Below are positions 12,913 through 25,916 of a stretch of 64,000 nucleotides of DNA, piece by piece. Within the stretch, counting starts at the first letter, position 1; every line of letters starts with the position of its first letter. Source of the stretch: Octopus sinensis (Eukaryota); NCBI RefSeq assembly GCF_006345805.1, contig NC_042997.1, positions 208,878,001 through 208,942,000 on the forward strand, read 5' to 3'. The position numbers and the translations under genes were made by a program. Below the pieces are notes generated by a model, which saw only the letters and a list, made by a program, of their open reading frames with translations, was not told where the DNA came from and did not search any database.

Positions 12913-12970
<58 letters not shown>

Positions 12971-13089
12971 ATCACAGCCTCGAATAGAACTTGGAATCTT
13001 GGGGCTAGTAGAGTGCTCTCTTAAGAGCGTGGTTAAGAGCACGAGCTACTAATCCCAAGATTCTGAGTTTGATTCCAGGGAGTAACCTA

Positions 13090-13132
<43 letters not shown>

Positions 13133-13280
13133 TCGAAAAATACCTTAGGAATGAGAGCCCAGGTTCAAAATTTCCCCAAGACACCTGATGAAGGCTGGAG
13201 GGTATATCAGCTGAAACATTGTGTTAACAACAAAGATGAGGAAAATATCCGTCGAATGTAAATAATGCAAATAATATATG
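12520..13280. mobile_element. Head-to-head pair of a tRNA-headed SINE with (TAA)n linker and hammerhead-bearing tail
   Basis: + copy: gtggttaagagcacgagctactaatcccaagattctgagtttgattcc (tRNA-like) - (TAA)n - tail to ~13275; - copy ~13025 to 12520. Confidence 0.75.
13180..13225 (+). ncRNA. Degenerate minimal hammerhead in SINE tail
   Basis: gacac-CTGATGA-a-ggctg...cagct-GAAA-CAT-T|gtgtt; ACAT is one transition from palindromic ACGT; mirror copy 12601-12646 (-) has GAGA for GAAA. Confidence 0.65.
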
Positions 13281-13539
13281 TATATATAGATTAATATATA
13301 CATTATATCATTATGTTAATGTTATATATAATATCACAGATATGTAATATAATAGATAACTTAACATATATATATATCAATATATGCATTACATCATTGA
13401 ATCCTTGTATCCCCCATAGTGTCAGATGTTTTTATACATTGCTGATCACAATGCATTTTCTCCCAACGGTGTAGCTTTATATATTTATTGGCAAATATGT
13501 TATACATATACATTTACTTATATGCATATGCTAACATAT

Positions 13540-13930
13540 TTGTTAGCATATGTATAGCAAGAATGAAAGAAACCAGGCTGCTGTGACTAATTTTATAAGG
13601 TGACCTTTCCACTGGAAGAAGCCTCTGTGGCTGTCCCTTCCGTGGATAGAAGGACCAGCTGAAGCAAAGCCGAAAACAGAATGGAATCGGTCTGAAAGCT
13701 TGGGGCAGTGAAGCTCAAGACAGGCCTGGCTGGCATCATTCCATCTCCATGGTGATAAAGGATTTTGAAGCTGACTGACCGAGGAAAGAGGAAGTGAAAC
13801 GTCAAGAAAGAAAATGGAAGCTCCAACAACCAAAGCCTCCGCCACGGATCCATTGTGAACTTTGCAACAGACCGATCCATGCAAGAACCGGCCTCATTAG
13901 TCACCAGAGGCTTTACACATGGACAGAGGG
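13540..13930 (+). mobile_element. RTE/BovB-like LINE ORF2 3' end, degenerate
   Basis: AQDRPGW... and terminal zinc finger CELCNRPIHARTGLISHQR, with stops upstream. Confidence 0.75.
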
Positions 13931-14418
13931 GAAGAAGTGGTCAAGAAGAAGCCAAATAAATTGTCAGACACACCTTAAAACGCCTCTGCCACCAACGACA
14001 ACGATGCTAAGATATTTATAAACATATATACAGATGATGTTATAGAAATATTTGTGAAGGCACCTGGCTCAGTGGCTAGGGTGTTGCACTCAATATCTAA
14101 TGATTGTAGGTTCAATTCCTGGATGAAGCAGTGCTTTATGTTCTTGTGCAATACTCTACATGTCACGTTGCTCCACCCAACTCACCTGAAAATAGGTAAC
14201 TTGTGATGAAACAGCCTTCCAAATGGAGGAAATGTTGGTCTATTTACCAAACCAGTGGAGTAGCATCATTCAACAGCTAGAATGATGTGAAGTGCATTGT
14301 GACCAGTGATGTATAACAGCATCCAATAATCTTGTCGATCACATAATCATGTGCTAGAAATATTCAAATACATGCGTACATATACATGTGTATATGTATA
14401 TATATATATGTGTGTGTG

Positions 14419-14451
<33 letters not shown>

Positions 14452-14991
14452 ATATTATTGCGTGTATGTGTATATACGTGTGTGTGTGTATAATAGATAA
14501 CTTTACAGGTAAAGTAAAGACGGTGTGCTGGATGGTGAACTTAACACTATTTTGCAGTCTACAGAAATCTATGCGGTTACACTACAACACCTGGATGTGT
14601 TGCCAGTCTTTTACAAGTAATTTACCCAGACCTGGAAATCAATTTTTTTCTCTCTCAACACATCCATGTGAAAGGTAATGAGTTCAAAGTAATAAACTAA
14701 GGTAATTGCTTCAGTTGGGGCCCATAGGGAGATATTCACAGCAGGATTTGAACACAAAACACATCAACTGCCAGTTCTCATGAACATAATGCCTGTCCTC
14801 TCAGCTATTTTCTGACTGGCATCATGGACATCATATCCTCTCTATTCAGAAGTCTGTTGTTGTTAGGGTTTTGTGTGTCCAGGGTTTAATAAGAACAAAG
14901 GAGGGCTCAGCTGGTTTAACTAGCCCAGCAGGGTTAGAGTTAGTGCACCATAGAGAGGATCTGACTGGCCCTTCTCAAAAAATAAAATAAA

Positions 14992-15027
<36 letters not shown>

Positions 15028-15131
15028 TGATGACGATGACGATAATAATAATAATAATGATGATGACGATGATGATAATAATAATGATGATGACGATGAT
15101 GATAATAATAATAATAATGATGACGATAATG

Positions 15132-15163
<32 letters not shown>

Positions 15164-15427
15164 TACAATAATAATATGCGCAAGGCCTAAAATTTGTGGG
15201 GAGAAGGCTAGTCAATTACATTGACCCCAGTGTGTAACTGGTTGTTATTTCATCAATCCCAAAAGGATGAAAGGCAAAGTAGACCTCAGTTGAATTTGAA
15301 CTCAGAAAATAAGGACAAACGAAATATCTATTCAGCATTTTGCCTGGAATTGCTGACGATTCTGCCAGTTCACCACCTTAATAATAACAACAACAACCAA
15401 AACTGTGACGATACAGGCAGAAAGCCT

Positions 15428-15460
<33 letters not shown>

Positions 15461-16051
15461 CGATGATGACAATGATGATAGCAGCAACAACAACAATAAC
15501 AAAATGAATAAATAAATGAATATTACATAAAATAACAGCTCACAATACCAGTGATATCCCCTAGTTAATCATGATATATCCATAGATAAGAACTGAAATG
15601 ATATTGTTTATCTAACACCCTAGATGCACCAAACGGGTGATGGCAGTCTTCCTTGGGTACGAAAAACTTATCTGAAATAACACGTGTTGGCATTGAGTAT
15701 GTTGCGTATTAATACATCGGTGCCAGAAATCTGACGGTTCTTCAGAGCACAGAGGGGGGTGGCCGTGTTTACATGAACAGGTGAAAATTAGGGCAACTCC
15801 CCAACACATCATTCATGTAGCAGATGTTGGCATGGCATTTGTAGGCTTACCTGTGAGTGTACACACACCAGTAAATATACACACATAGATGCATATACAT
15901 ATATACTATATACATATATATATACATATATATATACATATATATATATAATATATATATACATTATATATATACATATATATATATTATATATATACAT
16001 ATATATATTTAAAAAAGGAGATGTGGAACACGAGTTGTGAAATATAAAAAA

Positions 16052-16319
16052 AAATGAAGAAAATGCTGACAAAATAATTTAAGTAATTTAAGTAATTTAA
16101 TAAGGTGAAAGTTATTTATACCGGTTGCGCATTTGTTAGAGATAGAGTTCCTTTCTGATAGATTTTTTCCTCTTTTCCAGATAAGAGGAAAAAATCTATC
16201 AGAAAGGAACTCTATCTCTCTTTTGATAAGCATAACAAATGCACAACCGGTAAAAAGAACTTTCACCTTATTAAATTACTTAAATTACTTAAATTATTTT
16301 GTCAGCATTTTCTTCATTT
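16052..16319. mobile_element. Fold-back element between TA microsatellites
   Basis: Arms 16052-16174 / 16183-16319, 8-nt loop; left arm lacks 13 nt (16220-16232) present in the right arm. Confidence 0.8.
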
Positions 16320-16363
16320 CCTTTTTTATACATATATATATATATACATATATACATATATAC

Positions 16364-16396
<33 letters not shown>

Positions 16397-16397
16397 C

Positions 16398-16437
<40 letters not shown>

Positions 16438-16515
16438 TTATATACACATATATATATACATATATATATATTTATACATATATATATTATATATACATAT
16501 ATACTTATATATATA

Positions 16516-16563
<48 letters not shown>

Positions 16564-16594
16564 CATATATATACATATATATATATATATATAC

Positions 16595-16650
<56 letters not shown>

Positions 16651-18289
16651 CATATATATACATATATATATATTATACTTATATATATATATATATGTTT
16701 CTGTTAAATGTTGTAAATGTTATTGTTGAATAAAATTTATTGAAAAAAAGCCACAACAATTATGCACCAACCTAATACTTAGGGGTATTAAACATCATGT
16801 AGGGTTTGGGGCGGAAGGGTGAGAATGTTGGGTGGATTCCCAAATCCTTAAGCTCTTATTGTGTCAGTGTGTTTGTTTGTGTGCATTTTGTTTAAATTCT
16901 TTGCTGGGTTCTCTAGAAATGGTGATGAAAGAGCAGAAAGATATATTTCAACATACCCATGAGCCCTATTATGATTATCAGCAGTTCTCTAGCATCGGCC
17001 TTTCACCACCATACCCTGAGAACCCAGCAAAGAGTTTAACTAAAACATACAAAAACACTTACATAGACACATAAGTGTCCTAACATGGCCTGGGTACCTG
17101 CCCAGCTCACCAATATCCTTCCCAAAAATACCCTGCATATATGATACCCCTACACACATTCCAGTCTTATACAAATGCCAACCCTTAACTCCTACACACT
17201 TTCTTAGAAAATTCATGTAGACCAACAGCACAGGGGCCGGGGAACATAATTCTTGGCATAACTTTTGTTCAGTTCTCTTCATCTTTTTACACAACCCTCA
17301 TAAAACTGATGTGGTTTTTCACTTTCAGTAAAGGAGAGCAATTGCCAAATTTTTTTTTCCGTACCTGCTAGCTCTGATGAGTATGTAGTATTATGTAGCC
17401 ATGCTGTTATCTAACATCTGTTTTGATACTCAGTGTGAAACTGATCGGAAAGATCAGCTATAATGGATTATAATATCCATACTATTGACAAATATACAAA
17501 TGCATATTTTTTTCTGACTTAGGGATTCATAGATAATATGTGTGTTGGATGGATGATGGTGGAAGCGCATAAATCCAGTGCCATTTCTCGTAGGTTTTAT
17601 GTTTGGCTTAATATCCATTTTGTTATTCCAGCAAACATAATCCCATGGACAGATCTGCCCAAACTGAGCGGAGAGAGAGGATGTATTTGGTGTCAGAAAA
17701 GCAGGACAGAGAACAATCAGCAGTAGAGTTGGGATATCTGATAATTTGACATAAACTGTAGGGCAGGATGGTCACTAATGGAGCGACTGTAAACAGAGAT
17801 AATGTAGTGTGGTCAGTGATGAAGTGGACACAGCAGTATGATATGTCATCATCTGTTTTCCATGCTGGAAAGGGTTGGACAGTTTGACTGGGGACTGGCA
17901 AGGTTGGGAGCCAAACCAGGTTCCATTGTTTGTCTTGGCATGATTTCTACAACTGGACGCCCTTCCTAATGCCAACCACTTTACAGAGTGTGTTGGGTGC
18001 TTTTAACATGGCACCAGCACCGCCAGGGTCACCAAGCGTTTTATAAGACAAAGAACTCCTCATCTTTGAGTGGGGAGTAGTATTGAGGAGGTTTGGCTTT
18101 GTGCCAGTTGAGAGATTAAAGATGTAGAAGGAATTAGATTGACGACTTGCTGTACAGCAAAATGTCGTTAGTATATTAATGAAAGCATTTTAGATTTTTA
18201 ATAATAATTCATTATCTTATGATAAGAACTGTTCTTCACCACTCTTCTTCAAAACCATTTTCTCTTTCGCGCCCCAGAACACTATATCT

Positions 18290-18367
<78 letters not shown>

Positions 18368-18541
18368 CTCTTTCTCCATACATGTACATGTGTGTGTGTG
18401 GGTGTGAGAGAGATTGTGGGGAAGAAAATCGGTAATTCCATATGTGTGTGTGTGTGTGGTGTGTGTTTGTGTATGTATATATATATATATATAATATATA
18501 TATACACACACACATTGTATGTATGCATGTATGTATTTATG

Positions 18542-18603
<62 letters not shown>

Positions 18604-19172
18604 CATACATACATACAATGCATACATACATATGTGTGTGTATATATATATTATATATATATATTTAATGGATAATCTAAACCTAATTAATTGTTCTAAA
18701 AGTGAACATTTTTCTCCAGAATAAAAAATCTTTTTTATTTTAAGTTAAAATGAAAATCTAAACTTTGTAATATCTCACCTGAGATGATGAAATTCCACTC
18801 TCATCCATATTGTTTCATCTTTGACAAGCGAGGAAGTAACAGTCTTTTAGCAAACCGCTTCCTCGGCAGACGTACGTTAACCTTTCAAGCAACACTACAC
18901 ACTGTATGTGGTACCTTAGATCTATACAGTTCCGCTAGAGATGCTGGCGGAGTTAAATTGCTGACATTACGAAGACTTGCCTCAATGAGAGAGGAGATAA
19001 TTTGATCGGCTAAAGTGTCAAAATAACATTGATAACTGATCATGTGATCATTATTTGATCAATAATTATTACAATTCACGCAGAGACTATTGTAATTCTA
19101 GAATAGCATTAGTTTGTTACAATTATGAGTACATTAGTACATTTCAAGTTCTTTACAAATTTTAGGGTCATT

Positions 19173-19235
<63 letters not shown>

Positions 19236-19418
19236 TGTTTTACATGCTGGGTAGGCTGAACAGTTTGACAGGATCCAGCAAGGTGAAGGATAATGTCATG
19301 TCTTAACTCAGTGGTCTCCAAAATTTCCACATGAGTTCCCAACCCTTCTATTTAAATGAATTTTCCCACAGACTCCTTTTAATATGCTTATCCTTCTATA
19401 TATGTACATATATATATA

Positions 19419-19472
<54 letters not shown>

Positions 19473-20777
19473 TGGACAAACACACACACACACATATATA
19501 CATATATGAAATTTTGAATTTAGTTCACGGACCCCAGCACTACCTTTGCGAACCACCAGGCATCTGCAGACCCCAGGTTGGGAACCACTACCCTAACGTC
19601 TCGGCTTCAGCATGTTTTCTATGGCTGGATGCCTTACCTTAACATTAACCCACCTTCACAAAATGTATGAGGTACATTTTTATGGACACCACCACTTGCA
19701 ATGTCCACCTAAGGTTCTAACAACTGAGAGAGAAAAGAGGAGAGGGAAGAGTGAATTTAGGCAAGAAATAGGTTCTAAATTTTGGCAGAAGGCCAGGGAT
19801 TCCGGTGAGGGGTTAAACTGATTACATCAGCTCCAGTACTTGATAGGTATTTATTTTATTGACTCCGGAAGGACAAAAGTCAAAATCAACTCCAGTAGAA
19901 TTTGAACCCAGAAATGCTGCTAAGCATTTTTCCCAGCCTCCTAATAGTTCTTCCAGAGGGTAAACACTGGGTGACAAAACCCTTTGGATAGAAAACAAGG
20001 AAGACTCCTTTTGGGACATGAGCACACATCTTCTATAAACAAGGTAGATGTTCTATCAACGGACCAAAACAAGCTTTCGAATTCTTCTTTCTCTATTTTA
20101 GAAACTTTGATTGTAATAGCAAGAACTGTTATTTACATCATGAAAATTTCAAAACCTGGAGAGACATGAATTAATTTGCTTTTGAAACAGTGGATCTTGA
20201 AGCATATAAAGCTATAAATAATAGAGTATTCATATCGGGTTTAAAAAAGAACCCTTTGGATAGCAAAAGCGGAAGGCTTTCCATTAAAAATGAATTACTT
20301 CACGTAACTCGATGTTTCAAAATTCTAAAACTGTCAGCAAATATTCCAGAATTTTCCTGCAAAGCACTTAATGTTTGTTTGTTTTTTTGTTTTATATTGT
20401 ACATTTTATGAATGACAGCACTGCTGACAAAAGTTTGTCAAAGACTCATTTCCTTTCTGATGTTGAAAGCAACAAATGGCATGTCTGAGTAACCCAAAAT
20501 AAACCAGCTAAGTTCACACACCCACACATACATACACACACATATATATACGTATAAAGTACAATAATTGCTAGAAATAGCAGCCAGTAAGCTATCAGCA
20601 CTTCACCAAATATTACCGGATAGTAATATTATTTTTAATAATATTTATATTTCTTACATATCATCATCATCATCATCATCATTTAATATCCGCTTTCCAT
20701 GCTAACATGGGTTGGACGATTTGACTGAGGGCTGGCGAACCAGACTCCAATCTGATCTGGCAGAGTTTCTACAGCTG

Positions 20778-20821
<44 letters not shown>

Positions 20822-20829
20822 TACAACAG

Positions 20830-21105
20830 TAATTGCAGCGCTGAAGGTGTTTATAAGCCATTTAAAAACACACAAAAACCGTTAGATTCACTTCAGCATT
20901 TGAATTTAATTTGCCAAAATATTTTCATTGCTTTGAGATGCAGCACGGAATTTTGTCAGTGAACAGATCACCGTCTCAAAGCAACGAAAATATTTTGGCA
21001 AATTAAATTTAAATGTTGAAGTGAATCTAACGGTTTTTGTGTGTTTTTAAATGGCTTATAAACACCTTCCATGCTGCAATTGTCTTCATTCCAGCACATG
21101 ATCTC

Positions 21106-21110
<5 letters not shown>
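20830..21110. mobile_element. Second, more diverged copy of the 10.6-kb fold-back family
   Basis: Same arm sequence (aattgcagc...gtttataagccattt...aaaatatttt) and same centre gagatgcagcacgga; GTGAACA core at 20959-20965. Confidence 0.8.
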
Positions 21111-21143
<33 letters not shown>

Positions 21144-21912
21144 CATGTATATATGTACATACACATATATATGTAGACACATAGACACACCCACTTACAT
21201 GTTATACATATATACATATATACATATTGGTTTCAAATTTTGGCTAGTAATTTGAGGGGAGGGGTATGTTGATTACAATGACCCCCAAATCTTCAACTGG
21301 TACTTATTTTATGGACCCTAAAAGGATGAAAGGCAAAGTCGACCTCAGTGGAATTTGAACTCAAAATGTAAAGACAGACAAAATACTGCAAAGCATTTTT
21401 CCCAGCACGCTACTGATTCTGCCAGCTTGTCACCTTATATACGCACACATATAAAACCTTTGTTTTTATTTCAAGTTATATATGAAACTAATTTAACTTT
21501 AAGCCAAAGCATTATTCAATACTTTTAAGTAAAGCATGTTTCTTAAACTTTTGCAGACATTGACTTCAAGCAAGCTGAGACTGCGAAGTCACTGTCGACT
21601 TTTTCTTGTAATTGTTAATAAACAATCACTCTATTTTAAAATAGTAAGAGAGCGCTGCAAAGTTTGTGGCTTTGGGTAAAGGGGGATACAAGAGGATCGG
21701 TTAATTATGATTTAATTCAACATATTCCCCTCTCAGATTCACACACTTATTGCAGCGGCCTTTCAGATTTTCAAAGCAACTGTAAAGGAACTTGGAAGGT
21801 TGGCCCTCCAGCCAGGCCTTTTGAGATGCCCTTAAAGCCAGGAGCTTTTCATATATAACTTGACATAAAAACATTTATCTCTCTCTCTCTCTCTTTCTCT
21901 CTCTCCCTTTTG

Positions 21913-21945
<33 letters not shown>

Positions 21946-22068
21946 CATATATGTATATATATATTTTTTTTAATTTTATCTAGTTTCAGCTCACGAGCTG
22001 TAGCCATGCTGGGGCACCACCATTATATATATATATATTATATATATAATATATATAATATATATATA

Positions 22069-22112
<44 letters not shown>

Positions 22113-22128
22113 ATATATATATATATAG

Positions 22129-22184
<56 letters not shown>

Positions 22185-22186
22185 AT

Positions 22187-22221
<35 letters not shown>

Positions 22222-22762
22222 ACATATATATATACATATATACATATATATGCATACATATATATATATATTTATACATACATACATATATATATATTAT
22301 ATATACATACATATATACACACACACATACATAAACATATATATACATTTAATTGTGTGTGCGCACGTGTATGTGTGCACGTGTGTGTGTGTGTGCGCAC
22401 ATGTGTGTATATCTATGTATGTATGTGTATTAAGAAGAGTCGGAGCTGATGACATACTGAATAAATAATGGCATCAGTGAGATTCTCGTCAACCTGCAAG
22501 AGTCACAGATAAAATGCGTTTCGTGAAAAATGAGCTGCAAAAAATAAAATTTCATTTGTCGGGAAAAAAAATACGTTTCATGAGAGTTATACAGCATTAA
22601 CCTAAAATTGAAATTTCATGACACACAAGTGTATAGACAGAGCATATATCTATGCACATATGATGACGTATATACCCAAAGGCTTCTAGACTTTTGCATA
22701 TGTATATCATCACCAATAGGTTATGAATATGTATGTCGATAAATACATGCAAACATATACAT

Positions 22763-22799
<37 letters not shown>

Positions 22800-24117
22800 T
22801 TATATATATATAAATAGAGAGATAGATAGATAGATAGATAGATAGATATACATATACATATATATATATATGTATATAGATAGATAGATTGATAGATATA
22901 TATACATATATATACATACATATATACATATATTAATATATGTACATATATCATAATATATATACATATATGTGTGTGTGTGTATGTGTGTGTGTGTGTG
23001 TGTGTGCATGCGTGTGTCGTGTGTTTTGTTTTGTGTAGTTCTTGAAACAGTTTAAAATCATGACAATTCTGGCCAGACTGGAGCATTTATATTTTAGGAC
23101 TTCATTTTGGTTTTGCTGTTTGAAATGAGGGTCTTTAAAGCCAAATCATCTCTGATTCTTGAGATGCAATGATCAAAGTTCCAGCCACGACCATGCCACA
23201 AACATTTTTTTTCTCTTTTTTTTTTGGTGGGGAGGGGATTCTTTTCAAACTTACTATATCTAGGACTCCATTATTCAATGAGCCCTTCCTTTGTTAACAT
23301 GGTAGGATGTGATATGAGGTGATGTAGCTCTTGTTTCTATAAAAATCAAACGACCACACACAGCCAACTAATCTGGCATTTTATGCAGTGTCACTCAATC
23401 TTCTAGAAATCTGATGTGATTTAAGGGTAGTTTAGCTGTTATTTCTAGCCTGTCGAATAATTGTATGAAGACTGCTTCTTTCATTTCTGTTATATTTTTG
23501 GTTTCAGTTCTAGCTGTTGTGATGTAGTGACATTCATTCATGTTTTGCATTATTGGTATCATGTATTAATGGATTTCCATAAATATTCCTCAATCAGTTT
23601 ATTCCATTTTGACAATGATCCAGCAGAGATCTCCCCCATTCTATTCTGAGGCAGCAGTTTTGGTGATTCTTGTTGAGAAATTTTGGAGAATGAGTTTTTG
23701 AAAAGATTTCACAGATGGCGCCAACGTTCTAAATCCATCTTTAAAGAGGAAGACAAAAGCAACTATAGATCCATAAAGGCAATGTTTTTGCAGCTTAAAA
23801 TGTCTTGAAGGAATTTTCACAATTTCAGGAACATGGGTAACATGTTTCCTTCTCAACTTTTTGTCTTTGTTCAGTTTTGCATTGCCCACTTGACACAGCC
23901 ATGTAGCCTTAAAATTAATCCTCTGTGTGTGTGTTTGTGCATTGTTTATAAGGAACAGAAGAAAAGTACTCAGTACAGAATGAAAAGTATAGTTATACTC
24001 ATCCAGGTACTGCTATGTGCTGTCACTTAAAACTTTCATATTTACATCTTTTAAGTGACAGTAAACATGATTAGGTAACATCATAAACCCAGGTTTCTGA
24101 ATATATATTTGTGCATG

Positions 24118-24151
<34 letters not shown>

Positions 24152-24164
24152 TGTGTGTGTATGC

Positions 24165-24197
<33 letters not shown>

Positions 24198-24793
24198 AAA
24201 TTTAGAAGACTGACCACTAAAAAAATGGTCAGTCCTCTAAATTTTGTATGTAAAAAAAAATTTTAATCTTCGGATTTTTTTTAAATATGCCAGGCCACTG
24301 GTTTTAATTGATTAATATCAATTTCTACCCTTATTTAATTTTATTTATATATATATATATATATTAATAGAGGTCACTAAAGTGACAGAGGGTACCAATT
24401 AGTACTGATATTGCTAGAAATAAGAGTCAAACCAACTCAAAAGCCACAAAGCACTATCTTAATGAGTGACAAGGGGAGGTAAGCCCCTAGCAGATTTGAC
24501 CAAATCAGCAATTTTGGATTTTGACACAGAGCAACTTAATCCTCATCTGTAACTTTTACCGTGCCTAGGGTTAAACTCCGCAAGCTCAACACATTTCAAG
24601 CAATACAGGCACTAATTAGTACCCTCTGTCATTCTAATGCCCCTATTAATTTGCCTATATGTTGTTAAATTGCTAATAAGCCACCCATATTATTTGTTTT
24701 GTATACATATATATATTAATAATAATAATAATAATAATAATATGACAACAAAAGAATGAATGAGACCTTGATATTATGTAAGTAGAGGAATTT

Positions 24794-25003
24794 ATATATA
24801 TGGGACAATCAGTAAGTTGCCATAATAAAACTCGGAGTTTCAAATACTGGAGCTGAGAGTTTCTAGACATTTTTCATCAGTTAGGGGTTTTTCATAGCAT
24901 TTCTTGTCTTAATAACTGATGAAAAATGCCTAGAAGCTCTCAACTCTGGTATTTGAAACTCTGAGTATTGGTATGGCAACTTACTGATTGCTCAACATTA
25001 TAT
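24794..25003. mobile_element. Fold-back element carrying two outward-facing hammerhead motifs
   Basis: Diverged arms 24794-24883 / 24913-25003 around a 29-nt spacer. Confidence 0.75.
24910..24973 (+). ncRNA. Type I hammerhead ribozyme motif (canonical core)
   Basis: taataa-CTGATGA-a-aaatgcc(t)aga...tctggtattt-GAAACT-ctg-AGTA|ttggta; 3-bp helix III, GUA cleavage triplet (after 24967). Confidence 0.7.
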
Positions 25004-25023
25004 ATATATATATGTTTATATAT

Positions 25024-25055
<32 letters not shown>

Positions 25056-25261
25056 ATTATATCAAGGGCTATAACTATAAGTAAAGTCACATATAATAGG
25101 GGACTCTAATAGTCAAACTGTCCCCTACAGCACGTAACTTATAGTAACAGCCCTTGACATTGTAAGGTATTTTATATATAAGGAAAAAATTATTTACTTT
25201 TATACTTTGTATTAATCTTTTCCTTAATTGGTTTTGCATGGTGGCTAATTCATATATTATA

Positions 25262-25292
<31 letters not shown>

Positions 25293-25706
25293 TCACTTAG
25301 GCATAGTGATGCTAATATCTTGGTGTTAGAACTCAATATATATATATATATATGTGCACTTTATGTCTGAAGCTCCAATGAAGCTATAAGGTGTTACTCA
25401 GGCACTGAACTCGGAGTCTGCTGCAACTAGTAGCAGAAACAGCTGTGAGCCAATGCAAGTCATGACATAATTTCTTCTTATTCCTTCGCTATTCTAATTC
25501 AGTATTAATTATATATATATATATATATACATGCATATATTCCAGAGTGGGGCTTTCTTTCATTCTTCATTATCCTGAGTTTGTTACAGACAGTTTTCAC
25601 AGAAAAATGTTAACATGATAATCAGAGGACCAATGTAGTGAATCCTGAGTTTTAGATAAAAAGGTGACTTTTTTCTTATTGCACCCTTGTATTTGTGTGC
25701 TTTTTG

Positions 25707-25744
<38 letters not shown>

Positions 25745-25875
25745 GTCGTCGTTATCGTTTAACATCCACTTTCCCTCTTTGTAAATTCAACAACACACAC
25801 ACATACACACACATGCATAGAGACACACATACATGTGTGTGTATTTGTGTTTATAGATAGGGAGAAAATTGTGTG

Positions 25876-25916
<41 letters not shown>

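Noticed and set aside
17351-17452. CTGATGA...GAAACTGATC hammerhead-like remnant
   Set aside because: Helix I partner (tttcc/ggaaa) is displaced by 13 nt and helix III is not paired; at best a decayed relic.
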